The notes under the pieces are model-generated. The model was not told the origin of the DNA, made no database searches, and saw nothing but the letters and a program-made list of their open reading frames with translations. This document shows positions 20,301 to 30,294 of a stretch of DNA of 64,000 bases, one piece after another (position 1 is the first letter of the stretch; each line of letters starts with the position of its first letter). This DNA is from an uncultured Puniceicoccaceae bacterium. Its GTDB lineage: Bacteria; Verrucomicrobiota; Verrucomicrobiia; Opitutales; Oceanipulchritudinaceae. A program made the translations under genes and the position numbers. Location of the stretch: assembly GCA_963933835.1 (NCBI GenBank), contig CAWVVV010000002.1:128001-192000 (forward strand), read 5' to 3'.

Positions 20301-20440
20301 ACAGTATTGGCCTTGTTGTCGTCACCGGGATGGCCCTCGGAACGCTCTTCACCCTTTTGGTTATTCCGACAATTTACACCCTTATCGCTAAGTCTCACCG
20401 AGGCGTCGATATGCGCATCGAGTCATCGCAAGTGCTGTAA
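17348..20440 (+). CDS. RND efflux permease subunit (MexW/MexI-like)
   Basis: FIKRP start, GLVVDDAIV.LENI, AKNGILIVEFA, RLRPVLMTT; 1030 aa. Confidence 0.95.
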   Translation: MNITDIFIKRPILAIVVNLVIVIAGIQAYFSITVRQYPETQNASIVINTVYIGADAELVRGFITIPIEQAIAAADGIDYVKSDSKRGLSTITARLKLNFDANRALTEISAKVDQVRGDLPPEAEIPTINVETADSQFAAAYLSFTSDILQQNEITDYLMRSIQPRLAAIAGVQRSEILGARNFAMRVWMDPNKMAAFGVTAAEVRQALSSNNYLSAIGQTKGAMVQVSLSANTDLNSVKEFEELVVRETNGALIRLSDVATVALGAEDYTTEVRASGRTSTFMGIWVLPDSNAIDVIAAVSAEMERIQKDLPRGLEARVAYDSTEYINSAITEVRSTLIETLAIVVIVIFLFIGSARAVIVPVMTIPISLIGALFIMQISGFTLNLLTILAIVLSVGLVVDDAIVILENIERNLRKGLSPFDAAIVGARELIGPVIATTITLAAVYAPIAFQGGLTGSLFREFALTLTGAIVISTIVAITLSPWMSSVLLSQKSTEGWLSRKVTNVFDALRDGYTHILDLTLRYRFAIMIIWAGGFLLAFPLYMFSPKELAPIEDQGVIFAILDTPANSTLEYTSAAAKAANESFFGVEETNFSFQITYPSGGFSGAVLKPWDQRERSVFEIKPEIDQGLYSIPSVSLFSRLPPALPGGGNFPVEFVIASTAEPAEILGYAQQIMAKGMERGALQFAFLDTKIDQPFTEVIIDREKGASMGLSMQSIGTDLASMLGGNYVNRFNIEGYSYKVIPQVERIGRLNPSQLEDVYISGPSNSVIPLSSVATLEQSVQPRSLLRMQQLNAVTIQGGPARALGLTLATLEDIAKETLPEGYRVDYLGESRQLKNPGVPFWLTMVLASVLIYLVLAAQFNSYRDPLVILLGSAPLAFFGASIFTFLKMDPGTGIPYWTDGWTTSVNIYTQVGLITLIGLVAKNGILIVEFANVLQREGRSKVEAVREASCIRLRPVLMTTAATVLGHFPLVLVTGPGAAARNSIGLVVVTGMALGTLFTLLVIPTIYTLIAKSHRGVDMRIESSQVL

Positions 20441-20540
20441 GGTTTTTAAACTCAAGCGGAATAGAATACGCTAGTAGATGCTCAAATGTCCCGAAGAGGC
20501 CAATCGTCGTCATCTTCGATACATTCAAAACACATCTCCT

Positions 20541-20936
20541 ATGCGCCTATCACTTCACCTCTTACCTGTAGCCATTTTTCTACTCGGTTCCTCACTTTAT
20601 GGCACCACCCTTGCCGAAGGCACCTGGACTAAAAGCAAATACAAGATCGCCGGGTCCTGGAAAATTGAAGAAACGGCCGATGGCACTTTTCTATCCTTCA
20701 GCGAAGACTTCAAAACGAAAAAGGCGCCAGACTTGAAAGTCGCCTTCAATCCAAAAGCTTTTGCGGACGTCTCGGCTAAGAATGCCCTCTTGGACGCCCT
20801 CATCATCTCGGAGCTCAAAACCTACAAAGGCGCAGTGTCGATTCAGCTGCCAGATGACCTTCGCTTGGACGCGTATCAATCGCTCATCATTCACTGCGAG
20901 CAATACTCCATTCTTTGGGGCGGAGCTGACTTATAA
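20541..20936 (+). CDS. Secreted DM13 domain protein
   Basis: Signal peptide, F.TKKAPDLKV, LK..KGA...LP, IIHCEQYSILWG.A.L. Confidence 0.75.
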   Translation: MRLSLHLLPVAIFLLGSSLYGTTLAEGTWTKSKYKIAGSWKIEETADGTFLSFSEDFKTKKAPDLKVAFNPKAFADVSAKNALLDALIISELKTYKGAVSIQLPDDLRLDAYQSLIIHCEQYSILWGGADL

Positions 20937-21075
20937 CCCCCTCGTCTAGATGTAGCCTTTACGGCTGCATTGATATATGGATAATAAATAAATTCGGTGG
21001 CTTCACTGCCTGGCTTTATCCCCTCATCTTCGTGATGCCTTGGCTCAGCCGTGCTAGCTACAACCCCCAACTGCT

Positions 21076-22635
21076 ATGATAAAATCCCTTCACATCGATC
21101 TACATAAGCTCTCGAACTTTGTTAGTTTATCCATTCCCATCCTAGCGATCCTAGCTTTTCTATGCGTCGTCTACATCTCATTCTATTTTCACTTTATCAG
21201 TGTTGCATTGTTCTTCGCCTTCCTAGTCGATTTGAGCTATCGCAAAGTGCAGAACAAGCACACCATGCTTAAGAACTTCGGCATCATGGGGCGGGCCCGT
21301 TACCTCATGGAAAGTATTGGTCCAGAACTACGACAGTAATTTTTCGCCAACGACACTGAGGAGCGGCCTTTCAACCGTCAGCAGCGCGCTGAAGTGTATC
21401 GTAAAGCCAAGGACATCGACTCGGCTGCATCTTTTGGTTCGCTCCATAACTTTGATGCCGAAGAGATCAAAGTGCGGCATTCGATGTTTCCTTCCTCAAA
21501 GGCCGATTTAAAACCCTTCCGCGTCACGGTGGGAGAAGAACGAGGCCTCAAATCAGCCTACACCATCATCCGGCCCATTATGATCAGCGCGATGAGCTAC
21601 GGCGCGCTCGGCAGCAATGCTGTCCGCGCTCTTGCCCGTGAGGCACGCCTAGCCTCAATCCCAATGAACACAGGTGAAGGCGGGTTTCCCAAATATCACC
21701 TCATGGAAGGCTGTGATCTCATCTTCCAACTCGGCACGGAAAAATTTGGTGTGCGCAATGAAGATGGCACCCTGCACGAAGAAAAGCTCCGTGAGCTCAC
21801 GGCGAAGCCCGAGATCAAGATGATCGAGATCAAGCTCTCACAAGGTGCAAAACCTGGAAAGGGAGGACTTCTCCCAAAAGAAAAGATATCCGATGAAATC
21901 GCCGAGCTCCGCGGAGTCAGTAAAGATAAAGACGTCGTCTCGCCACCGCATCACGCAGAATGTAAGGATCTTTCCACTACAGTCAGCTTTATCAAACATG
22001 TGCAGGAAGTGGGTGGTCTGCCCACCGGTATTAAACTGTGCGTTGGTTCTCTCAACGAATTCAAAGCACTCATCGGAGAGATGAAGCGACAGGACGTCTT
22101 TCCTGACTACATCTCGATTGACGGTTCTGAAGGCGGCACTGGCGCCGCTCCGAGGGCCTTCCTCGATCGCGTAGGAATGCCTCTTCTGCCCGCCCTCTGC
22201 GGCGTGCAACACATCCTTATAGAAGAAGGGGTGCGTAAACGGGTAAAGCTCTTTGCAGCGGGGAAACTCATTGATCCGAGTAGCCAAATTCTCGCCTTCG
22301 CACTCGGCGCTGATGTCATCTACTCCGCCCGCGGATTCATGCTTTCACTCGGCTGCATTCAAGCGATGCAATGCGGAAACAACACTTGCCCGGTTGGCAT
22401 CACAACACATGACCCGTCACTCACTCGCGGTCTAGTCATCGGCGAAAAAGCCGTCCGCATAAAAAACTACGTCGAACACATTGAACATGATCTCGTTGAA
22501 CTTCTCGCCGCAACCGGGAAACGATCACTACACGAGTTGACTCTGGATAATCTCTACGTCCCAAGTCAAAGCAGCCTCGCTGGAATGGTCCGTGAAGACC
22601 CGTTCTTCAAGCCTGAGATTTCCGCTGTTGTTTAA
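21076..22635 (+). pseudogene. FMN-binding glutamate synthase family protein (YerD-like) with an in-frame TAA
   Basis: ORFs 21076-21339 and 21394-22635 share a frame, separated by one TAA at 21337-21339 in GPELRQ*FF (family pattern PELRQYF). Motifs SAMSYGAL, NTGEGG, IKLSQGAKPGKGG, DGSEGGTGAAP, GCIQAMQC..NTCPVG. Confidence 0.85.
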
Positions 22636-22677
22636 TTCTGGATACATCTAAAACTAATCTCCTTACCCAGACACAAA

Positions 22678-23100
22678 ATGAAAAATCACTTTCTTCTCAG
22701 TTGGATTATCCAAGTCATTACCGCGATCGTTCTAGGCTTTGCAGTCTACCCCAAATTCGCCGGAGCAGAGGAGTCCATTGCCCTCTTCACCCATATAGAA
22801 ATGGAACCCTTTGGTCGCTATCTCATTGGAGCTCTTGAGCTCATAGCCATCATTCTGCTTCTTATCCCTTCCAGTGTGGCCTACGGCGCGCTCCTCACAT
22901 GGGGGGTCATGGTCGGGGCAACGATGGGTCACATGACAACGATCGGCTACAGTGGTTCGAACCTTTCCCTCGGCCTGCTCGCCTTAGCTCTACTCATCTT
23001 AAGCTCGGTCATCCTCTATATCCGACGCCTTGAGCTACCACTCATCGGCTCGATGTTCGATCGCGCCAGCGAAGCCAAATGCGCCACACCGGAATCGTAG
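22678..23100 (+). CDS. DoxX-family membrane protein
   Basis: KF.GAEESIALF...MEPFGRY.IG.LEL, M.GA...H; about four TM helices. Confidence 0.75.
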   Translation: MKNHFLLSWIIQVITAIVLGFAVYPKFAGAEESIALFTHIEMEPFGRYLIGALELIAIILLLIPSSVAYGALLTWGVMVGATMGHMTTIGYSGSNLSLGLLALALLILSSVILYIRRLELPLIGSMFDRASEAKCATPES

Positions 23101-23281
23101 GGTGATATTCGTAGCTGGGAGGACAAAATAAAATCTACATCTGAAGTTTAGGAGATCAAATATTTAGGGTCTCAAATCCGCTCAAATCGCGGGCTTGAAC
23201 GCAGATTGGTGCATCCCCACAAAATCAGCTTCCTTTCCCGCTTGCCCTGCCCCACACCCACACGCTTATTCCCTTCTTTCA

Positions 23282-26200
23282 ATGCCTAAGCGCACGGACA
23301 TTGAAACAATTCTCATCATTGGCTCCGGCCCGATCATCATCGGTCAAGCCTGTGAATTCGACTACAGCGGCACCCAAGCGTGCAAATCTCTCCGCGAAGA
23401 GGGATACCGCGTCGTCCTCGTCAACAGTAACCCGGCGACGATTATGACGGACCCTGAGTTTGCCGATGTGACCTACATCGAGCCGCTCACCGTCGACACT
23501 CTCCGCAAGATCATCGACCGCGAGCGCCCCGACGCTCTTCTCCCGACCCTCGGTGGCCAGACTGCGCTCAATCTCGCTTGCCGCCTCTACGAGGAAAAGA
23601 TCCTTGAGGAATTCAATGTCGAGATGATCGGCGCGCGCTACGACGCGATTCAAAAAGGTGAAGACCGCGAGCTCTTCAAAGACGCCATGCTCAAAATCGG
23701 GCTCGATGTTGCCCACAGTGTGATCGTCAACAACATGGAAGACGCCCGCGAAGCGGTAAAAAAGGTCGGCCTCCCAATCATCTCCCGCCCAAGCTTCACG
23801 ATGGGTGGCACCGGCGGTGGTGTTGCTTACAATCTCGAAGACTTCGAAGATCTCATTCAGCGCGGGCTCGATGCCAGCCCAATGCACGAGGTCATGATCG
23901 AAGAGTGTCTGCTCGGCTGGAAAGAGTACGAGATGGAAATCATGCGCGACCATAAGGACCAGTGCGTCGTTATCTGCTCGATCGAAAATTTCGACCCGAT
24001 GGGGGTTCACACCGGCGACTCGATTACCGTCGCCCCGACAATGACTCTCACAGACAAGGAGTATCAGCTCATGCGCGATGCCTCCTTTGCCTGTATCCGC
24101 GAAGTCGGTGTCGAAACCGGCGGCTCAAACATTCAGTTCTCCGTCAATCCGGACACTGGCCGGATGATCATTATCGAGATGAACCCGCGCGTAAGCCGGT
24201 CGTCCGCTCTCGCTTCCAAAGCCACCGGCTTCCCGATCGCTAAACTCGCCGCGAAGCTAGCGGTCGGCTACTCCCTCGATGAGCTGCAGAACGACATCAC
24301 CCGCGAAACCCCTGCCTGCTTCGAGCCGACAATCGATTATGTCGTGACGAAAATCCCTCGCTTCACTTTCGAGAAGTTCCCCAACGCCGACGACACCCTC
24401 ACGAGCTCGATGAAGTCCGTCGGCGAAGCAATGGCGATTGGCCGCACCTTTAAAGAATCCTTCCAGAAAGCCCTCCGCTCGCTCGAAATCGGGGCTTGGG
24501 GACTCGGCTGTGGCGGCAAGCACGGCGGCCTTGAACTCCCGCCTCTCAACGAAATCAAAGCAGGTCTTTCCCGTCCGAACGCACTTCGGCCCTTTCACCT
24601 GCGCTATGCCTTTCTCGCGGGCCTGACGGTCGACGACATTTTCGACCTCTGCGCCATCGACCGCTGGTTCCTTGTTCAGCTCGAACAAATCGTAAACATC
24701 GAAAAGGAACTCCGCGAAGCAAGCAAAACGCCTAGTGCCGAACTTCTGAAACGCGCCAAGGAAGCTGGCTTCACTGATCCCCAAATCGCCGAAGCGACCA
24801 CGCTTTCCTCCGCAGAAGCAAAAACTCAGCGCGAAGACGCGGGGATGAAAACGGTTTACCGGCTCGTCGACACCTGTGCGGCTGAATTTGAAGCGAAGAC
24901 TCCGTATTACTATTCCTCCTACGGCGACGAAAACGAAACGATCCCGAGCGACAAAAAGAAGGTCATGATTCTCGGCGGAGGCCCAAACCGTATCGGCCAA
25001 GGCATCGAGTTTGACTACTGCTGCGTGCACGCGGCTTTCGCTCTCACCGCCGCAGGCTTTGAGTCGGTCATGGTCAACTCCAACCCTGAGACCGTATCGA
25101 CCGACTACGACACTTCCGACCGCCTCTACTTCGAGCCACTTACCCTCGAAGACGTTTTAGAAGTTTATACGCAGGAAAAATGCTGGGGCGCGATCGTCCA
25201 GTTCGGTGGACAAACTCCGCTCAACCTCGCAAACGAACTCAAAGCGGCAGGCGTCAATATCATTGGCACTAGTCCTGAGATGATCGACGCAGCGGAAGAC
25301 CGCGAGCAGTTCAAAGCCATCCTCGAAAAGCTCAACATCCGCCAGCCGATCAACGGGATCGCTCGGAATGAAGAAGAAGCCTTCAAGGAAGCGCGGCGTA
25401 TTGGATTTCCAATTCTTCTTCGCCCAAGCTTCGTCCTCGGCGGACGGGGCATGTTCATCGTCTATTCTGAAGATGAAATGCGCAACGTCCTGCGCGAAGT
25501 CTTCGACGTCGCGCCTGGCAAACCCGTCCTTCTTGATCAGTTCCTCGAAGATGCGATCGAACTCGATGTTGATGCGATCAGCGACGGTGAGCTGACCGTC
25601 GTCGCAGGCATGCTCGAACACATTGAATTTGCAGGGGTGCACAGTGGCGATGCCGCCATGGTCATGCCTCCACACACCCTTGGTCGCCGCATGCTCGGCG
25701 AAGTCGAAGAAGCGACTAAGGACCTCGCCAAAGCGCTCAACGTTCGCGGCCTGATGAACATCCAGTTCGCGATCAAAGACGACGACCTCTACATCATCGA
25801 GGTCAACCCGCGCGCGAGCCGGACGGTACCATTTGTTTCCAAGGCTATTGGAGTTCCGATCGCAAAATACGCCGCCCTCATCATGGCCGGGCAAACGCTC
25901 CCTGAACTCGGCTTTACCGAATCCGTCACGCCGCCGTATTGGTCAGTTAAAGAAAGTGTTTTCCCCTTCGCTCGATTCCCGGGCGCTCCCATCACTCTTT
26001 CGCCTGAAATGCGCTCCACCGGTGAAGTCATGGGGATTGATGAAGACCTCGGCATCGCCTTTGCCAAAGCCCAACTCGCAGCCGGGCCACCCCTTCCAAC
26101 AGAAGGCACCGTTTTCATCTCTGTTAAGGAAGCGGACAAGCCGATCGCCGTCGATGTGGCTCGCCGCTTCGTTGCCCTCGGGTTCGAAATCGTATCCACT

Positions 26201-26512
26201 TCTAGGACTGCTAAAGTGCTGAAAGCGAACGATGTCCCTGTCAGCCTCGTACACAAGATCAGCGAAGGCCGCCCGCATGTCCTCGACTTGCTGAAGAACC
26301 GTGAAATCGCCCTCGTGATCAATACGCCCAGTGGCATGGTCCCGCGTCAGGACGAGAATATGATCCGCACAACTGCGATTAAATACGGCGTCCCGATCAT
26401 CTCCACCCTCACCGGAGCCCGCACCACCGTTGACGCCCTCCAAGCGATGACCCGCAAGGAGATCGACGTGAAGCCCATCCAGCACTACCACAAGCTGCTG
26501 AAGCAATCGTAG
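23282..26512 (+). CDS. carB: Carbamoyl-phosphate synthase large subunit
   Basis: [33 protein letters not shown]; duplicated ATP-grasp domains; C-terminal MGS domain. Confidence 0.99.
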   Translation: MPKRTDIETILIIGSGPIIIGQACEFDYSGTQACKSLREEGYRVVLVNSNPATIMTDPEFADVTYIEPLTVDTLRKIIDRERPDALLPTLGGQTALNLACRLYEEKILEEFNVEMIGARYDAIQKGEDRELFKDAMLKIGLDVAHSVIVNNMEDAREAVKKVGLPIISRPSFTMGGTGGGVAYNLEDFEDLIQRGLDASPMHEVMIEECLLGWKEYEMEIMRDHKDQCVVICSIENFDPMGVHTGDSITVAPTMTLTDKEYQLMRDASFACIREVGVETGGSNIQFSVNPDTGRMIIIEMNPRVSRSSALASKATGFPIAKLAAKLAVGYSLDELQNDITRETPACFEPTIDYVVTKIPRFTFEKFPNADDTLTSSMKSVGEAMAIGRTFKESFQKALRSLEIGAWGLGCGGKHGGLELPPLNEIKAGLSRPNALRPFHLRYAFLAGLTVDDIFDLCAIDRWFLVQLEQIVNIEKELREASKTPSAELLKRAKEAGFTDPQIAEATTLSSAEAKTQREDAGMKTVYRLVDTCAAEFEAKTPYYYSSYGDENETIPSDKKKVMILGGGPNRIGQGIEFDYCCVHAAFALTAAGFESVMVNSNPETVSTDYDTSDRLYFEPLTLEDVLEVYTQEKCWGAIVQFGGQTPLNLANELKAAGVNIIGTSPEMIDAAEDREQFKAILEKLNIRQPINGIARNEEEAFKEARRIGFPILLRPSFVLGGRGMFIVYSEDEMRNVLREVFDVAPGKPVLLDQFLEDAIELDVDAISDGELTVVAGMLEHIEFAGVHSGDAAMVMPPHTLGRRMLGEVEEATKDLAKALNVRGLMNIQFAIKDDDLYIIEVNPRASRTVPFVSKAIGVPIAKYAALIMAGQTLPELGFTESVTPPYWSVKESVFPFARFPGAPITLSPEMRSTGEVMGIDEDLGIAFAKAQLAAGPPLPTEGTVFISVKEADKPIAVDVARRFVALGFEIVSTSRTAKVLKANDVPVSLVHKISEGRPHVLDLLKNREIALVINTPSGMVPRQDENMIRTTAIKYGVPIISTLTGARTTVDALQAMTRKEIDVKPIQHYHKLLKQS

Positions 26513-26552
26513 GGCTTGGTATTAAAAGAGGCGTATAGCCCTTACGGCTAAT

Positions 26553-28386
26553 TCAATCTGCAACAAGAATGCGGTAGAAATATAGGTCACCTATACCGGT
26601 CCCTATTTGTTCGGAGCGGATTGCCTCTTCCCCGGATCCCTCGATCTCAATTCCTCGGATGCCCCAATTCAAAAGTGTAGTTGAGGACTGCAACATGTAA
26701 CGCTTGTCCCGTTCAGTAGACCAACGTAATTCGACTTCAGTCTCAGAAATTATACTAGGATCAAGAAAAAGGAATGATGCTGAATCCTCTGGATCTGTCC
26801 CTGCGAGGTATTCTGATCTGTTGCTCATCCCATCGAGATCTGAGTCCGTCTTACCATCGGTAATTCCGAGTGCTCCAAACTCTCGCCGTTCCCAAAAATC
26901 AGGAAGCTCATTTGTATCTTCATCGAAGGGGCGCATTCGGAAATCAGCCACAAAGAGAAGGTGGTCCGAAGCAAGTGAATCGCCGGCATTCAAGGCATAC
27001 TGAGCCAGTCGCTCTATGGACATGTCGGGGGTATAGACCAGGTAGGAATTCGCTAGCTCCAGAACACTATCCGAGTAGATCAAGTAATCGAGATGGCCCG
27101 GCCAAAAATCTGCTGCCCCTTCGTCAATCCAAGTGAAGCCACCACGACTCACTGTGCCGAGGAACAACACTGCTTAGCGCACTTCCGTCCCAATCTGGCA
27201 CATAGTCCTCTCCAAAGTTCGACTCATTGACGATGTCGCCTTCAAGCAATGTACGCGGCTGTTGCGCACGTCCGACAAAGTTCATGTCGCCCGCAAATAT
27301 AATGGGCGTGTTCTGCTCGATCGCTTGGCCTACCTCAGTCGTCACACCTGAGCGTAGAAATGCAATGATTTGATCCACCTCGACTTGCCGAGCATTGTCG
27401 TTGGCGCAGCAGGGCGGGTGAGCGTTTATAACTATGGTGTAGTAGCCCAATAGCTCCCGCGTATCGAGTTCGACGGCGAGATTCCCTGTCCCAGAATTAA
27501 GTGCATCCAGCGTCCAAAAGCGAGTAATCGGAAAACGGCTCACCGTGATCGTATCACCAAACTCTGTTGAAGGCTCCGACGCATACCACTGCGCACCCTC
27601 CTCCAGGGGCAGCCATCCTTCGATTAGACTCCGCGTTTCCTCCGCAGTGTGTCCGAAAATCTCTTGGAAATTAATAACATCGGGTCGCACTGCTTCTATC
27701 TGCCGCCGAAAGCTATCCGCATAGAGCAGGTTAAAGATGCGATCGAACAAAACGTTGTAGGTCACTATGCGTAGATCGCTTGTTCTATGTTTCTCGAAGT
27801 CGATGACGGTCTCTTCTGGCAGGGCGCCCTGCCCCAACACGTAACTGATACTCCCCGCATCCGGCAAACGATCACCACCTGCCCTCTCCTCCAGCCACAC
27901 TTCCACATTCATTCCACTGAAGAGTTGGTTCACCCCATCCGGCACGGCGTCGAGCGCTACCCCGATTTCAAGGACAGTCGTTGAAACCGTCGGCATCTGT
28001 CGAAAACCGATCTGAGTGTAATCCAGTGAAGTAGCCGTGACGCTCCCTCCAAATCGGTAAACTCCAGTGCGACCACCGAGGTGCCATTCCAATTCTTGGC
28101 CATTCTCACCTCGGATAAAGAGCCGGAGCTCGTTGTTTTCACTGGCATCGATCTCCGCCGTGGTCTCAAACCTCAAATATAGGTAGTCATCATCATCCGA
28201 TAACCAAAGTCTGCCCAAATCTACCTCCGAGACGGAATCGCCAAGGGCATCCGTTGCAGCCACCCCTACACTTGCCCAATCATCGAATTCGCCATCGATC
28301 ACGATTGGCGCCCGAATGCCGAATGCCACTCCTGTCATTGTGAAGATCAGCCCCAGCCGAACACTCAACGAAAACTTGCTCATCAT
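26553..28386 (-). pseudogene. Secreted endonuclease/exonuclease/phosphatase family protein, frameshifted near 27150
   Basis: Signal peptide, IDGEFDDW module, RIVTYNV, FQE, HPPCC, GDMN in ORF 27124-28386; the family motifs FTW, LDYLIY and SDH continue in a different frame (26553-27170). Confidence 0.8.
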
Positions 28387-28536
28387 CTCTATTCAGCTTT
28401 CAGCTTTTTGCATCCGAGGCAAGGCGCACGCTCACATACGCGCACTCATCTGAACTCCAATACCGCTTCCGCCGCAAAACCATTGACGATCAAGCTTCCG
28501 TCAGCGAGCGTTCGCGGCTGTTTCCTTAGCACACCT

Positions 28537-29256
28537 ATGAAAGACGAAGAAAAGAAGATTTTATCCCCTGCCGAAGCCGCCGCGCAAGCGACGCCAACTA
28601 ACTTTGATCTCGAGAGCGATCTCCCGCCAGACGCGGATATCGAGGATCGTTTCAACGATTTCTGGAAGAAGAATGGCACTTTCGTCTTCGCCATCATCGC
28701 CCTCCTCGCCGTCATCGTTGTCGGCTCACAGAGCGTCGGTTATATTGAAGACCGCGGTGAACGGAAGCTGCGCGACCAATACGCCCAGATCTCTTCAAAC
28801 GAAGCCCGCCTCGAATTCGCCGAGAAACACGACAATCACTCGCTGGGTGGACTCGCCTATCTCGAGCTCGCCGACCAAAGCTACCGTGCGGAGAGCTTTC
28901 TTGAAGCCTCGAACTACTACGATAACGCCGCCGAGGTGCTCGAAGAAAGCAACAGCATCCTCGCAAACCGCTCCAAACTTGGCAGCGGGATGGCTTACCT
29001 CCGCGCCGGTGACAGCCTCGGTCTAGAGCGCCTTGAAGCTCTCGCCAACAATCCTGATGCGATCGAAGCGATTCGAGCAGAAGCCGCCTTCCACCACGCT
29101 TATGCCGCATGGGAAGCAAGTAACCTCGACGATGCTCAACGCTCACTCGATTTGCTTGGGACATTTTCTACCGCACCTGAATGGCAGGCACTTGGAAATG
29201 ATCTCCAGTCAATGATGCCAGCTGCAGAAGTTCCGGAATTTGGCGTCGCCTCGTAA
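28537..29256 (+). CDS. YfgM-like membrane-anchored TPR protein
   Basis: FWKKNG plus a single TM helix, followed by Ala/Leu-rich helical repeats. Confidence 0.65.
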   Translation: MKDEEKKILSPAEAAAQATPTNFDLESDLPPDADIEDRFNDFWKKNGTFVFAIIALLAVIVVGSQSVGYIEDRGERKLRDQYAQISSNEARLEFAEKHDNHSLGGLAYLELADQSYRAESFLEASNYYDNAAEVLEESNSILANRSKLGSGMAYLRAGDSLGLERLEALANNPDAIEAIRAEAAFHHAYAAWEASNLDDAQRSLDLLGTFSTAPEWQALGNDLQSMMPAAEVPEFGVAS

Positions 29257-29295
29257 GCAACAACGCTCGGCCTTCAAACGCTGATAGGTAAATCG

Positions 29296-30102
29296 ATGAC
29301 CTTCGCCGACAAACTCCGCAAGGCTTGGACCTCGAGCAACTCGATGCTCTGCGTTGGCCTCGACCCCGACTTAAAGCGCGTCCCCGAAGTACTGCGTAAC
29401 CACGCTCAACCGCTTTTCGCTTTCAACAAAGCGATCATCGACGCCACCGCACCTTACGCCTGCGCCTACAAGCCACAGTTCGCTCACTACGCGGCCGAAG
29501 ATCGCCTCGATGAACTCAAGGCGACCCTCGAGTATCTCCGCACCGCTTACCCGGAGAAGGTCACGATCCTCGACGCCAAGCGCGGAGATATTGGAAACAC
29601 AGCCGTCCGTTACGCGAAAGAAGCGTTTCATGTCTACGGTGCAGATTCTTTAACCGTAAACCCCTACATGGGGGGTGATACGATTGCTCCCTTTTCAAGC
29701 GATGCGAGCAACGGCGTCTTTGTTCTTTGCCGCACTTCAAACCCTGGTTCAGGCGAGCTCCAAAGCCTCGAAGTCGCCGGCCGGCCGCTCTACGAAATCG
29801 TCGCTGAAAGAGCTGCTAAAGCTTGGAACGACAACCGGAACCTAGGTCTGGTCCTTGGAGCGACCTACCCAAAAGAACTCGCCCGTGTGCGTTCCGTGGC
29901 GCCTGATCTTCCATTTCTAGTCCCTGGTATTGGTGCTCAGGGAGGTGACCTTGAAGCCGTCCTAGAGCATGGGCGCGATGCCACCGGTTACGGCATGCTG
30001 ATCAACAGCTCCCGCGGCATCATCTATGCAGGTGAAGGCGAAGGTTTCGCCGCTGCTTCCGCCGCTGCCGCGCGCGAACTGGCCGAAGCGACGGGGATCT
30101 AA
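29296..30102 (+). CDS. pyrF: Orotidine-5'-phosphate decarboxylase
   Basis: LCVGLDP, DAKRGDIGNT, RTSNPG, GAT, PGIGAQGG, SSRGI. Confidence 0.96.
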   Translation: MTFADKLRKAWTSSNSMLCVGLDPDLKRVPEVLRNHAQPLFAFNKAIIDATAPYACAYKPQFAHYAAEDRLDELKATLEYLRTAYPEKVTILDAKRGDIGNTAVRYAKEAFHVYGADSLTVNPYMGGDTIAPFSSDASNGVFVLCRTSNPGSGELQSLEVAGRPLYEIVAERAAKAWNDNRNLGLVLGATYPKELARVRSVAPDLPFLVPGIGAQGGDLEAVLEHGRDATGYGMLINSSRGIIYAGEGEGFAAASAAAARELAEATGI

Positions 30103-30214
30103 GTAGGCTAGAAAGATTTCCTAAGCGCTCGATAAAAGGCAACGCCACGTGATTAGCACAAAGCCACCGCTTGCTTTCTCCAAAGGGCCATGCTACCAAG
30201 CCTTCTTTTAATTT

Positions 30215-30278
30215 AGAGGATAGTCGCTGGCGCACGTGGAAGACCAATTCTTGGCCAAGCCGTGCAGTCGCCACCTCT
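30215..30278 (+). promoter_or_regulatory. Candidate structured 5' leader of the SDR-tail gene
   Basis: Nested pairings AGAGG/CCTCT, TGGCG/CGCCA, CACG/CGTG, CCA/TGG; lies between TTGCTT (30171) and the ATG at 30295. Confidence 0.3.
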
Positions 30279-30294
30279 GTTGATTTTCTTACAT

